In this document: positions 38,966 through 52,544 of the stretch, in pieces | Layout of the letters: the number at the start of each line of letters is the position of its first letter | How positions within the stretch are numbered: position 1 is the stretch's first letter | Assembly (NCBI RefSeq): GCF_006345805.1 | Contig: NC_043013.1 | Span: 33,790,001 to 33,854,000 of the forward strand | Reading direction: 5' to 3' | DNA from: Octopus sinensis | Taxonomy: Eukaryota | DNA length: 64,000 nt | Position numbers and translations under genes: made by a program | Notes under the pieces: generated by a model | What the model saw: only the letters and a program-made list of their open reading frames with translations | Databases searched by the model: none | What the model was told of the DNA's origin: nothing

Positions 38966-39180
38966 AAAGCGGTGAGCTGGCAGAATCGTTAGTTTGCCGG
39001 ACAAAATGCCCAGTGTCATTTTATCCGTCTTTACTTTCTGAGCTTAAATTCTGCCGAGGCCGACTTTGCGTTTCATCCTTTCGGGGTCGATAAAATAAGT
39101 ACCAGTTGATCAGTGGGGTCAATGTAATCAACTTACCCCTTTCCTCGAAATTACTGGCCTTGTGCTCAAATTTGAAACCG
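38966..39180 (+). mobile_element. SINE family B, full length
   Basis: GCGGTGAGCTGGCAGAATCGTTAG head through the GGCCTTGTGCTCAAATTTGAAACC tail. Confidence 0.88.
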
Positions 39181-39654
39181 ATATAATCTTGCACATTCGT
39201 ATGGAAGTATACAAACTATGGAACTACCAACACGACAAAATCTAACATTAGTTACGCTGTCAATGACAGTAAAAGAAAATGGAGAAAATACGTGGAGTGA
39301 AGTGAAATACGGAATAAAAGCTGAAATGATGGATTTGAAAGGAGAAACATCTTGTGTGCTTCTGTTTTGCAAAAACGTTGGTAGACGCTTTTTTGTGTGT
39401 TTTTGTGTAAAACATTTTAATGTTCTTTACGTACTTGAGGACTGTCACGCACTAGATTTTGTTATGTTTTAGAGCAAAGTATTACATATTTTCTTACTCA
39501 GCTCGTAAAAGCTGTTCGTTTTGTTTGCAAAGGCGAACATGCTCAGTAGGGAATTTATTCCATTCAGATCCTTCTGCAGCTTCTGTCGGAAACTCCTCGC
39601 TTGATTTTCTGTATGTTGTGTCGTTTGTGTGCGTGTGCGTGTGTGTGTGTATGT

Positions 39655-39689
<35 letters not shown>

Positions 39690-40718
39690 AGAACAAATTC
39701 AAATAGATCACGTTATTTGTATTTGTTGCTGTGGAAGTGTATATTTTGTGAAAGAAAGCTTTCCACGTTAAGTGTTTCAATGTGTGGTTTTATTATCGTA
39801 TATTCCAATGAGAAACTTGGGGTATAAGTTATCTTCCTGCGTGGCGAAACAATTCAGTCTCCTAATCAAAAATTACTTCCGCAAAGATAACAAACTTCGC
39901 ATTTTATTCTTTTACAGTAGCAATACAAAAAAGCAGCCATTACGTAATCTCGTCTTTCAGGAAATCATATTGTATAATAACTGAATCCTTCACAATAATA
40001 AAAATCCATAGCGAAAATATCTGTAATTGATGAGTCTTTTTGATAACTGATGCGTACATGAGTAACTTCATTGCTTATCAAGCCGGTACAACTAAGAAAC
40101 TCTAGTTCTGTAACTTACGTCTGTTCACAGAAATCTCAGTTAACAAACGATTATACCACCACTTAAGCTCTTTCAAACAACATCACAAAGAAAATATTAC
40201 ATTGCTCTTTAGATGATTTGCAAAGAGTAAGATTGGCTCTACCGGAATTGCAAGGTTTATGTTATGTAGAGCTATCTCCAAACACTAATAGCTCAAAATG
40301 GTGTAAATTATGTTTGACTGAGAAATATCACATCATATAACATCTAACGTGAAAAAAAGGTCAAAACCTGCATTATAAAGCTTATGGTTTTAATTAAAAA
40401 AAATACTATATACTTTACTGACATTAACTAAAAGAAAATAAAAATTCTCTCGTAATCATCTTGCCAAAGACCAGAAACCTCCCCACTATATCTTCATCCG
40501 CTTTTTAATGAACACTGGGTTCAGAGATCTCTCCCTTTGCTGCATTTGATTACAATTTTTATCAAATGTAATGGTAATTCACTTGATTTTACATTATATA
40601 TATTTGCACACTACATTAAGTACTTTAAATCGCACCCATATATATATATATATATATATAACATTATTGGTGAATTGAAGAAATGGAGCTGAACGCAGAT
40701 TGAACAGAAATCGTTTTA

Positions 40719-40807
40719 TTTCATTCTACACGTGTTTCGAAAGGCACAAATTACCAAAATCCGATTGAATAATGGGACCATATTGTGTCTTTCTCTTCAG
40801 GAAGAAA
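40719..40807 (-). ncRNA. Type I hammerhead ribozyme candidate (left-arm copy)
   Basis: Reverse complement of 42092-42180. Confidence 0.65.
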
Positions 40808-42091
40808 AAAGGAAATCCGTTGGAAAAACAAAAACAGAACAGAGGCAGAGCAAAAAACAAATCGAACTGTGCTCCTAAGAGCCCATGGCGAAACTGTTTA
40901 TCAGTGTATGTTGAGAACCGGTGGCTGAAGAATTCAACAGGTCAGGCATCGGTCAAACATGTGGGTGAGGGTGTATAGATGTTCTTTGTGACCGAGAATA
41001 AAGTTCTGACTATTTAAAGAATATTGGATGTTTTATAAGGGCGAGAAAAAATCTACTTAGAGACGTGTGTGTGTGTATACTGTTCTATATATGTGTGTGT
41101 TGGCGTAGGGGTAGAAAACAATTTTTGTGTACGTGTGTGCGTTTGATCGTTCGGCTGTCAGTGGCTACTGCCGTGATAACCGTTGGGTGGCAGAAAGAAA
41201 AAAAATAAAGAAATTATATATATATATTTTATGTTTTATGTGTGTGTGTGTGTGTTCATCTAAGCCTACCTTGACAAGGAAACCCCCTGCTGTGAAAAAA
41301 CAAGCCCCGTTTGTCTTACAGGAGTAATTTCCCTTGCAGTGGTTAATTGTAGATATCTTAAAATCTATTTCAGAATTTGTTACCAAGGGCTATGGGTGCC
41401 GGTCTTATTTATAAACGCTATTTAAAGGCCAGATAAGTGTAACGCCGCCAATGGGGGCGTTACACTTATCTGGCCTTTAAATAGCGTTTATAAATAAGAC
41501 CGGCACCCATAGCCCTTGGTAACAAATTCTGAAATAGATTTTAAGATATCTACAATTAACCACTGCAAGGGAAATTACTCCTGTAAGACAAACGGGGCTT
41601 GTTTTTTCACAGCAGGGGGTTCCTTGTCAAGGTAGGCTTAGATGAACACACACACACACATAAAACATAAAATATATATATATAATTTCTTTATTTTTTT
41701 TCTTTCTGCCACCCAACGGTTATCACGGCAGTAGCCACTGACAGCCGAACGATCAAACGCACACACGTACACAAAATTGTTTTCTACCCCTACGCCAACA
41801 CACACATATATAGAACAGTATACACACACACACGTCTCTAAGTAGATTTTTTCTCGCCCCTTATAAAACATCCAATATTCTTTAAATAGTCAGAACTTTA
41901 TTCTCGGTCACAAAGAACATCTATACACCCTCACCCACATGTTTGACCGATGCCTGACCTGTTGAATTCTTCAGCCACCGGTTCTCAACATACACTGATA
42001 AACAGTTTCGCCATGGGCTCTTAGGAGCACAGTTCGATTTGTTTTTTGCTCTGCCTCTGTTCTGTTTTTGTTTTTCCAACGGATTTCCTTT

Positions 42092-42180
42092 TTTCTTCCT
42101 GAAGAGAAAGACACAATATGGTCCCATTATTCAATCGGATTTTGGTAATTTGTGCCTTTCGAAACACGTGTAGAATGAAA
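42092..42180 (+). ncRNA. Type I hammerhead ribozyme candidate (right-arm copy), Penelope-like minimal type
   Basis: Stem I TTTCTTC/GAA(T)GAAA. CTGAAGA at 42099-105. Stem II GAAAG/CTTTC plus CACAA/TTGTG. GAAA at 42161-64. Stem III is the palindrome ACACGTGT. GUA triplet with predicted cleavage 3' of 42172. AATAAA at 42179-84. Confidence 0.7.
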
Positions 42181-42467
42181 TAAAACGATTTCTGTTCAAT
42201 CTGCGTTCAGCTCCATTTCTTCAATTCACCAATAATGTTTTAATTTCAATTATCCGCACCAACGCACGGTTGCAACGCCAGATGGTTGTACCTCCAACCG
42301 TGCTGTTCACTGCTGTGATTTTTGCTACTAAGGTATCGGTTAAACTTTTGATTAATCTACTACAAGATTATTCATCTTTCTATTTCACATATATATATAT
42401 ATATATATATATTTACGTATATTTAACTCATGCAGAGGGCAACCCTGGAAGAGATTTTCAATACTCT

Positions 42468-42870
42468 TTTCTACTCTAGGGACAAAGCCCGAAATTTTGG
42501 GAGAGGTGGTTGGGAACAGTCGATTAGATCGATCCCAGTACGCAAGTGGTACTTAATTTATCGACCCCAAAAGGATGAAAGGCAAAGTTAACCTCGGTCG
42601 AATTTGAACTCAGAACGTAGCGGCAGCCGAAATACCTATTTCTTTACTACCCAGAAGGGGCTAAACACAGAGGGGACAAACAAGGACAGACAAACAGATT
42701 AAGTCGATTACATCGACCCCAGTGCGTAACTGGTACTTATTTAATCGACCCCGAAAGGATGAAAGGCAAAGTTGACCTCGGCGAAATTTGAACTCAGAAC
42801 GGAGCGGCAGACGAAATACTGTAAAGCATTTTCCCCGGCGTGCTAACGTTTCTGCCAGCTCGCCGCTTTA
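42468..42870 (-). mobile_element. SINE family B, dimeric variant
   Basis: Two cores joined by the same linker as at 26010-26382. Confidence 0.9.
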
Positions 42871-43420
42871 ACAGATTTTCAGTATTACAAATAAAATGTG
42901 TAGACAGTGATGGATGAAGAACACAACCACAACCATCACCAACGCTATATTTACCACCGCCAACAAACCCACGACCACCGCATCTACTTGTCCAACCACC
43001 ACTACTACCACCATTAAAAGAATCACCATTGACAACATAATAGATATAAGAAAACTTCAGGAAAAAAAATGGCAAAGCAAAGAAAGGAAAATAACGAGAA
43101 ATCTCGAAGACTTGGATAAATGTATAAGTAAAGGAGAAACTAGAACAGGCTTGTTAAAAAAATTAAGATACATAAAATTGAGATTGCATTTCAACGTTTT
43201 TATTTACCCTTTTTAACCAACGTAAACCACTTTAAACTAGTTTTTGTTTATAATTTAAGATTATACAATTCGCTACTTATATTTTGTCGTAACCTTCCTT
43301 TTACGTAACATGAAGCAATGTAATTATTTTTTTCGCTTTCATATCCTTTTCAATAAGGACCTATACACGCACACATAAATACATATATATACATGAGTGT
43401 GTGTGTTATATATATCTATA

Positions 43421-43455
<35 letters not shown>

Positions 43456-43994
43456 GCTAACACTCATACATAAGTACATGTATATATACATGTGCAATTA
43501 TATTTGTGTTCACACACACGCACATTTATATACATACATATATTTAATTATCCATGCATATAGATTCTTTAATGTAAATAAACACACACACATATACATG
43601 GTATATATATATACGAGATGTATAGATAATGGAATGAAAATCCTTATAAAGTGAAAGAGAAAGAGAAAGAAAAAGATAGGGATACATACATGTATACATA
43701 AGCACACATGCGCATACACACACACATATACACACGTATATGTGAATCAAATGAGATATGCTAATACATGTATAAATAAAAAAATATATTACTATACAGA
43801 AAAAAACTTCGTAATATAGTTATTTTAAGAGATGAAATCGTATAAACTATTGCTTTTGAAAGATTTCTTTTTTTTTTTTCTTTCTGTTTTTTTGTATCCT
43901 TTGAATTTATCCGAATATTTATTATATTAGCCTTTTCGGTATTCTGACATTTTCTTCTTGATTATAAGGTTTAATTTCACTCTATATCTTCCTC

Positions 43995-44345
43995 TCTCTC
44001 CCCCTTCCCCTCTCTCTATCTCTCTCGTTTCGTATGTATGTGTATATATATATATATATATATTATACATATATATATATACATATATATATACACACAT
44101 ATATATATACATATATACATATATATATATACACACACACACATATATATACACACATATATATACATATATATATACACATATATATATATACATACAC
44201 ACAAATATATATATTTATATATATACATATATATACACATATATATTCATACATATGCATATATATACACACATATATATACATATATATTCATACATAT
44301 ATACATATATATACATACATATTTATACATACATACATATATATA
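43995..44345. repeat. Compound (TA)n/(CA)n/(TACA)n microsatellite
   Basis: Seen directly in the sequence. Confidence 0.95.
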
Positions 44346-45164
44346 TGCGCGTGTGTTAAATGCGCGCACGTGTGTATGGGTAACAGAATACTTCATTGAA
44401 TTTAATTCATGGCATATCGGATTGAACTTGACTCTTCGAATTGATAGTCGCATCATCGACCAGAAAAAAGCTTATCTTTATGATAAGGGAACGAAACACG
44501 CTGTCTTCATCAGTTACAATGATAATCTTCATTCATTCTACGTCATTCTAGATCGAATTTTCGCTTGAAACAAAGGAACCCACAACTGGCATATGACTCA
44601 AAAATATACTTTACAATTGATGTAAACACACACAATCCGCAATTGTGATAAGCTATAGTATATAAGCAAGTGAATAGATCTGCAGTAAAACCAGATGAAT
44701 GACAAGACAGCAACAAAACAGAGGCAGTTGAATTCGGAGAGAGTATTCGGGAAGACAACAGCCGAAAATCAACAGAAGTAACCTTACGTAATCCTATTCC
44801 ACGTTACATAATGTGGGATTTCTTACAGTTAACAGCCTACAATATTAAATACAGCCAGGTAGCAGAATATCATAAAACAAAGTATATCGAATTTTCTCAA
44901 GCAAATGACACTCACTACTAGAGCTTATAGCAGAACGTTGTCACTCCCTACCTTGTCATCTTGGTATAGAAATTTATTCTTAGTAATTATCAACAAAGGG
45001 CGGTCTTACAATTTTACCTTGTGTTTAACCAGCCTGCATTCGACATATATAGTTTGTTAATTATCTCAAAGCTTCAATTTCCACATTCTATTTGTACAGA
45101 GCAAAAACAATATTTTATATTATTTTGAATCCTTCTCTGCAATTTGTATTCAAGAAATTTAAGG

Positions 45165-45286
<122 letters not shown>

Positions 45287-45782
45287 CTATAATATATATA
45301 TATGGATAAGAGGAAGACGGGGAGGATGGAGGAGCAGGAGAGCAGGAAAAATGAAGAATAGGATAAGAAAAGAATGGAGAGGAGACAATGTCACCTTTTC
45401 AAAACAGTTGCCATGATAATTACGGATCATGACCAAGGGTCGAACCTAACTTTCTTTTGTGATTTTTATTAGTTTTATTTATTATTTTTTGGGGGTTTAA
45501 ATTGAAATTTATTATATTTTAAATTTATTTCCATGATAATTAATAATTTTATTTTTGTTTTTCATATCTTTATGCTATTTATTATTATTTTTTTTTTTTT
45601 TTACGTTTCAAAGAATTTCAGAATCTGTGAATTCTTTGATGCATTCATGTCCTGTCTGGATCGCAATAAACATGGATCATCTTGCAGGCACGAATTGCAA
45701 TATCTAATGCATCATTCTCGTCTCATTTCACTCCAGATGTTACAGGGCAACAGGATAAAAAATGGAACAGGATATAAATGGA

Positions 45783-45830
<48 letters not shown>

Positions 45831-46372
45831 CAGAAAGGCGGGTAAAGAGAAAACTATAAAAAATGAAATTAAAAAGAGGATGAGAGGGGGAGATATAGAT
45901 AGAGAAAAATAAAGTGCGTGTATGTGACAGAGAGAGAGAGAGACAAAGAGAGAGAGAGAAAAAGAGAGAGAGGGAAAGAGAGAGAGGCATGAAAGACGTG
46001 AGAATGGATAAAATAAAACAGGAAAAGAAAGAAAATGTTGAGGGAGGTCTCAATGGATTTCCTGTCCATCTTTAAGAATGAAGAGGGAGCGCAAGAAACT
46101 CGGTGTAAGGGCGTACGAATGAAGGGCTTAGATAAAAACAAAGTAAAGAAAACAGAAAGGAAGCGAGAAGGAATAGTGAAAGAGATTGAAAAATAGAAGG
46201 GGAATTATTAAGACAATAAGAAAAAGGAAAACAAAATTTAAGGAATTAAAGGAAAGAAGACATGGAGAGAACGAAACTGCGGAAAGAGAAAATGAAACAA
46301 AGTGAAAGAGAGAAAGAGAGGGAGAGACAAACCAGAGTAACTGAATAAAGAATTTAAAGAAAATGACTGAGG

Positions 46373-46405
<33 letters not shown>

Positions 46406-47137
46406 AAGAAAGGGCAAGACAGAGATAGAGAAAGATAATATAACTACGGACAACTAACATGAGGGATGATACTGTTAGAAAATAAAAGAGAAAAACAGGA
46501 GAGAAAAGGGGACAGAAAGAAAAGAAGGGTTGTAAAAAAACAATGAAAAGGGTAACAATGAACGAAAAGTGAGAGCATAAGGAAGGAGGGGCAGCTGGAA
46601 GGAAATAGGAGGGAAGACAATTCTGGACTTCAACTTTCGCCATATCACCCATTTGTCTCGCTTGCGAATATTCCAACCCTTAAATCCATTATTTCTATTC
46701 ACGGTATTAGAAGCAATTTAAAAGAAAAAATTAAAAGAAAACAATATAGAATAAAAATATAAAACAAAAGACAAAATAATGTTAATCATTGATGTATGAA
46801 AATAAAAGAGAAAAATTGTTAACAGAGAATAAATTTTTTTTAATGACTTTTAAAAAATCTTTTTCTATTTTTTCGTGTTCTTTCGTAATTTCTCTTGAAT
46901 TTTTTCGAGTATTATTTCAATGTCTTGTTTATTTCTTTTTCATTTTGTTTGTTTCTACAGGCAGACCGCGTCGTAGGACAAACGTTTTTTTTTTTTGATG
47001 AATGAAATGAACTGATTTCAAATCTGAGTTTGATAGCTAATTCACGTAATATTCTAGTGCCCAATAGAAAATGAAATGGTATGAACATCACAACATCGAA
47101 CTTGCTTAGATGTTTTGTCCCGTCGAGAATGTTAGAA

Positions 47138-47312
47138 AGGAGTAGCTGTGTGGTAAGTAACTTGCTTACCAACCACATGGTTCCGGGTTCAGTCCCACTG
47201 CGTGGCACCTTGGGCAAGTGTCTTCTACTATAGCCTCGGCCGACCAAAGCTTTGTGAGTGGATTTAGTAGACGGAAACTGAAAGAAACCCGTTCTATACA
47301 TGTATATATATG

Positions 47313-47347
<35 letters not shown>

Positions 47348-47560
47348 ATGTGAGTGTGTGTGTGTTTGTGTATGTGTTTGCCCACCCCCCAACATCGCTT
47401 GACAACCGATGCTGGTGTGTTTACGTCCCCGTAACTTAGCGGTTCAGCAAAAGAGTCCGATAGAATAAGTACTAGGCTTACAAAGAATAAGTTATTGCTC
47501 GACTAAAGGCGGTGCTCCAGCATGGCCACAGTGAAATGACTGAAACAAGTAAAAGAGTAA
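47138..47560 (+). mobile_element. SINE family A, full length
   Basis: Head TAGCTGTGTGG / GGTTCAGTCCC, internal microsatellite, tail. Confidence 0.9.
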
Positions 47561-47648
47561 AGTAAATAATTTATATAAGAGAAACATCACTCTCGTAGTT
47601 GGTTTCTCTTAGCTTATGCAATGTTATCTATCTATCTGTGTATATATC

Positions 47649-47703
<55 letters not shown>

Positions 47704-47984
47704 ATATATAATATATATATATATATATACATATGTGTGTGTACATATATACATATATGTGTGTGTGGTGTGTGTGTGTGCGTGTGCGCGTGATTGTGTG
47801 CATTAAGCAAATTTACTGCCGTCACTTGCGAGCTCGTATTGTTTGGTGGCATGCTGTTGCTAATTATCATAATCACCTATGATGTTGCAGGCATATATAG
47901 ACATCTTTTCATTCTTTCTAGCGGAACACTTGGTATGCGACTACTAGAGTGGAGGGAGGGCTTCAATAATATTCGGTCGCTGCT

Positions 47985-48115
47985 AATTTCAGCTGAGTAG
48001 ATAGGTACAACGGGAAGAACAGAGCCATACGCAAGGATGCAACACGCCCCCTGGTCTGAAAGTCGAACCTATGGTTCTTCGATCATAAGTTCTGCACCCT
48101 AACCACAACCCAACC
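47985..48115 (-). mobile_element. Diverged tRNA-headed SINE fragment (family E-like)
   Basis: TTCAGCTGAGT...CAACACG...GTCGAACC...CCCTAACCAC parallels 18640-18740. Confidence 0.5.
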
Positions 48116-48824
48116 CACTTTAATGCGAAAGCATACGTACATATAGGCCCAGAGGAAAACGGAAGCGTATAAGTTATAACATAAAGGAAGAGCACCCTTC
48201 ATCAACTGTGGATCTAGAGTTCACGGCGATTTTGTCTCTTTCGACCAATATCATTCGCTCCAGCAATGTCAACAGCTTCAAGCAGAAAGGACATTTAGGG
48301 AGAGGTTTCACAAACCCCACGTCTTTTATTTTGGGGATTTCTGTAGAGGACACATTAATCGATATATTCTCCCTGTTTTGAAGATAGTAGAGTGCACCTT
48401 TACAAATACTGGGCCGCTACGAGGTCAAGCAACCGCGTTAAAATGTCCTTACTGGGAAGCTTTATTGGTCTGAATAAATATTTTCATTATAATTTGAAGC
48501 CAGTGCGTCTCATCATTTAAAATAAATTTAATCTAGTTAAGAGAAATAAAATTCTTTACATGGCTTTGGAATACTTCGATTCCGATTTCGGATTATTGAA
48601 TTCCAATGTCACTGCTAATGGACTTTGTGAAAATCAATCAACATTGCACATACACTGTTAGCCAGCCTTTGATATGTTCTATTCACTCTAGAAATCATTA
48701 TGTTAGAGATGCAATAATGATTACATTAAATCAGACGAGCTACCAAAATTTTTAACCAACAATCCAACTTTTGTTCGCAAATGACGATGCTGTACGAAAC
48801 ATCTCTAATTTTAAGGACTGTTAG

Positions 48825-49228
48825 AAGGTAGCGAGCTGAGAGAATCGTTAGCACGCCGGGCGAAAGGCTTAGCGGTATTTCGTCTGTCGTTACGTTCTGA
48901 GTTCAAATTCCGCCGAGGTTGACTTTGTTTTTCATCCTTTCGGGGTCGATAAATTAAGTACCAATTACGCACTGGGGTCGATATAATCGACTTAATCCGT
49001 CTGTCTGTTCTTGTTTGTCCTCTCTGTATTTAGTCCCTTCTGGGTAGTAAAGAAATAGGCATTTCGTCTGTCGCTACGTTCTGAGTTCAGATTCTACCGT
49101 GGTTGACTTTGCCTTTCATCCTTTCGGGATCGATTAAATAAGTACCAGTTGAGTACTGGGGTTGATATAATCGACTTATCTCTTCTTCCTAAATTGCTGG
49201 CCTTGCGCCAAAATTTGAGATCAATATT
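48825..49228 (+). mobile_element. SINE family B, dimeric variant
   Basis: Head, core, linker, second core, tail. Confidence 0.9.
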
Positions 49229-49274
49229 AAAGACTATTAGTGGCCAAAAATAAAGGAAATAAGCTCACAATAAA

Positions 49275-49460
49275 AGGTCATGGGTCAAGGATTCAATTTC
49301 CACACCTGACAGCATATTGTATCCTTAGCGAGGAATTGTATATCACGTTGCTTGATTTCACTCAATCAAAAAGTGAGTACCAGCAGTGACGGGGGCGAGT
49401 GATGGGGGTTAAACTTGCGACGGACTGGTGTCCCGTTCATTGGATAGTCTTATACTTTCA
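49275..49460 (+). mobile_element. Ancient, highly diverged SINE remnant
   Basis: GGGGGTTAAACTTGCGACGGACTGGTGTCCCGTTCA resembles the GGGGTAACCTTGCGATGGACTGGCGTCCCGTCCA block of widespread metazoan SINEs (recalled, not searched). Confidence 0.4.
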
Positions 49461-49924
49461 GTCTTATGATCCTATCATTTGATGAGATGTTAGGGTCATG
49501 TTCGATATATCTCTTACACAACTGGACCATAATCACACCAAACAAAATGAACACATTCAGCCCTAGGCTAATCACAGACACATAAATACAAGCAGCTACT
49601 AATCACAATACCACTATACCCAACCAATCTATGTACAGATTGTATTTAGATTCGTAGGGTGCACAGAGCACGCATACATATTCACAGTCGCACACACAAT
49701 CGCACAGGAATTTTTGCCAAGTATCTCCATAGATGTTTACAAGGATCAGAGGATCCTGTATATATATATATATTAATAAAATCAACACGTACATTGACTT
49801 TGGCATGTATTTGAATGTTAAGCGTAATCTGCAGCATCATTTTTTTTTTAAGTATCGCACTTGTCCATTATATTCATTTATATTTGGCGTGAACTTCATT
49901 TTGAAAAACCACATATAACTATTA

Positions 49925-50150
49925 ATCTTCATCTATTACTTATTTCAGTCATGTGATTGTGGCCACAACGGGAACCGTTTTAAAACGTTTCGTAGAACAA
50001 ATCGACCCCTGTGAATATATTTTCTAAAGCTTGGGACTTATGGTATATTGGTCTCTTTTGCCGAATCACTAAGTTATGGGGGTGCACATAAACCAACACC
50101 AGTTGATTGACAAACGGTATGGGGGTAGAACAAAACAGAAGCACAACGAC
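49925..50150 (-). mobile_element. SINE family A, diverged 3' half
   Basis: TTTCAGTCAT...AAATCGACCCC...GGTCTCTTTTGCCGAA...AAACCAACACCAG. Confidence 0.65.
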
Positions 50151-50260
50151 AAATACACATAAGTAAATAAAGAAATAGATATGTACATATGAAAATATAA
50201 TATAGGTATATACATAACATATCCCCGCACACATATGCACATATATATATATGTATATAG

Positions 50261-50309
<49 letters not shown>

Positions 50310-50407
50310 TATATATGTTATATATATATATATATATTATATATATATATACACATATATATATATATATCTTATATATATATATATATATACATATATA
50401 TATTTAT

Positions 50408-50444
<37 letters not shown>

Positions 50445-51203
50445 GCGTCGCTCGCAAATATGTATTGACTTGAATTGAAACAGCCAAATTTGCTGCAAGT
50501 CAGTTGCTGCCTGTTCCTACGACACAAGCTTAATTTGCGCACCGTGCAGAAATAAGTTTCCAGTTGATTTTTTTAATTTTTTTTATTTTGCTCAAAGATA
50601 GAACTCCAGTAATATTGGCAGCAGAAAACATCAAAATATTGACACTTTAAATTTCTGGTCAAAAACTCAAATTTGCAAATTAAGCGTTCGATGTTCAATG
50701 ATATCCATTGGGGGAGGAAATTAATTAATATCTTCTGAGAAGCAGTAAACAAAACGTGAAACATTCCCCTTCTTTTCTTACGTACAACTAAATCAGAGAA
50801 GTGTGTTTCTTCTTGAAACTTAAGTTCTCTAATATGAAAATTCTTACGATTGTCCATAAGAATCATAAGAATATTAAAATTCTTAATATATATTCTTTAA
50901 TTAATGACGAGCTGTCAAATGTACAAACATACCAATTAAGCGACTTACAACGGTAATAGCTTAATTTATGACTCCTTTCTATACTGGCTGAATATTCTGA
51001 TGCCCTCTTCCGAGGAACTGTCAAACAAACTGCGAAATGTTTAATCAGAAGCCCCACTTCTCATTTTTGCGCGCATCTAACGGATAGAAGGAACGTGTTT
51101 ACATTCATATAATTTTTCTCTCACAGCTAAGGCTTTCTAATATTTAAATTCATATTGGACCTGATTCGCGCTATGTTGTGCATAAAATACACACTGTTAA
51201 ACA

Positions 51204-51247
<44 letters not shown>

Positions 51248-51403
51248 ACGGGCTTCTTTCAGTTTCCGTCTACCAAATCCACTCACAAGGCTTTGGTCGG
51301 CCCGAAGCTATAGTAGAAGACACATGCTCAAGGTGCCCCGCAGTGGGACTGAACCCGGAACCATGTGCTTGGTAAGCAAGCTACTTACCACACAGCCCCT
51401 CCT
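51248..51403 (-). mobile_element. SINE family A, 5' half ending in (TA)n
   Basis: Reverse complement of the family A head and core. Confidence 0.88.
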
Positions 51404-51706
51404 GCGCCTATATATATATGCATATATTCATATACACATATATGTATATAAAGAGAGTGGGGAAAGAAAGAGGGAGAGATGTTCATACTATTATTTTTGT
51501 TTGTGGAATAGCAAAATCATTTGAGCGTCGGACAAAATGCCACGAACATAGTATTACTTCCGTTTTGAGTTCAAATCTTGATGAAGTGAACATCGTTTTT
51601 ACTTCCTTCCATGCAGCCACAAACTTTATTTTCTTCTTACTCAAAGTTTTTCTAGCCATATACTTCTAAAAAAAAACTCATTGCTTTTATCATTATTGGT
51701 GATGAT

Positions 51707-51915
51707 AAGACGGCGAGCTGGCAGAATCGTTAGCACGCTGGACAAAATGCTTACTGGTATCTTGCCCGTCGCTACGTTCTGAGTTCAAATTCCGCCGAGG
51801 TCGACTTTGCCATTCATTCTTTCAGGGTCAATAAAATAAGTACCAGTTAAACACTGGGGTCGATCTAACCGACTCATCCCCACCTACCCCAAACTGGTCT
51901 TGTGGCAAAAGTTTG
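51707..51915 (+). mobile_element. SINE family B, full length
   Basis: GACGGCGAGCTGGCAGAATCGTTAGCACG...GAGTTCAAATTCCGCCGAGGTCGAC. Confidence 0.88.
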
Positions 51916-52224
51916 AAATAATTAATGTTGATGCTGATGATAATGATGATGACGTCGACGTCGACGATGATGATGTCATTGGTTTTGCACGCTTATCTCT
52001 AATCTTCCTCACTCTTTCAATTCCATAACCGAAATCCATTTCGTTCCACCCTTGATTCTGTCAAGTATTTTAAGAAAATATTTAAACGTCACAAATTCTC
52101 ATTTCTCTCATTTATTACTCGGAATTTTATTTTATTTTTTTATTTCTATTATTCATTATTTATTTTGTATGAATATAAGAAACAAAGAAATTTTGGAATC
52201 CCTTCCCTTCTCCCCATTCCTTCA

Positions 52225-52260
<36 letters not shown>

Positions 52261-52544
52261 CTCTGCTGCTTTTATATTATTTTCAGACCATTCTCTCTGC
52301 CTTCCTTTTCGTTTTCATTTACTTCTCATTATTTTAGGTTATCTGTAAAATGAATGATTCTACATTTTAAATTATCTCGTTATTTCTCTTTCCCGCCTCT
52401 GTCTCTCCCTCCTTTTCTCTATCTAAACGTCACTCTTTTTCCTCTCTGTCTCTATTTAGATTCATATCTTTCCCCTCTTTCTCTATCTGCCTCACTGCTT
52501 GTTTTTTTTTAATCTTTTATTCTATCTTTCTATAATTTATACCA

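Larger units (their letters stand above)
40660..42239. repeat. Near-perfect 1.58-kb palindrome (arms 40660-41446 and 41456-42239, 9-nt spacer)
   Basis: Read base by base, the arms differ only in a few homopolymer lengths. Confidence 0.97.

Noticed and set aside
41490-41640. Palindrome-arm peptide LVTNSEIDFKISTINHCKGNYSCKTNGAC as a GIY-YIG C-terminus
   Set aside because: No GIY/YIG or CxxC-EK motif, so coding origin is unsupported.
44480-44520. Minus-strand CTGATGA followed by a short hairpin
   Set aside because: No GAAA follows the hairpin.
44038-44568. Non-repetitive ORF tail [23 protein letters not shown]...
   Set aside because: No convincing splice signals or recognisable family, and the start lies in a microsatellite.
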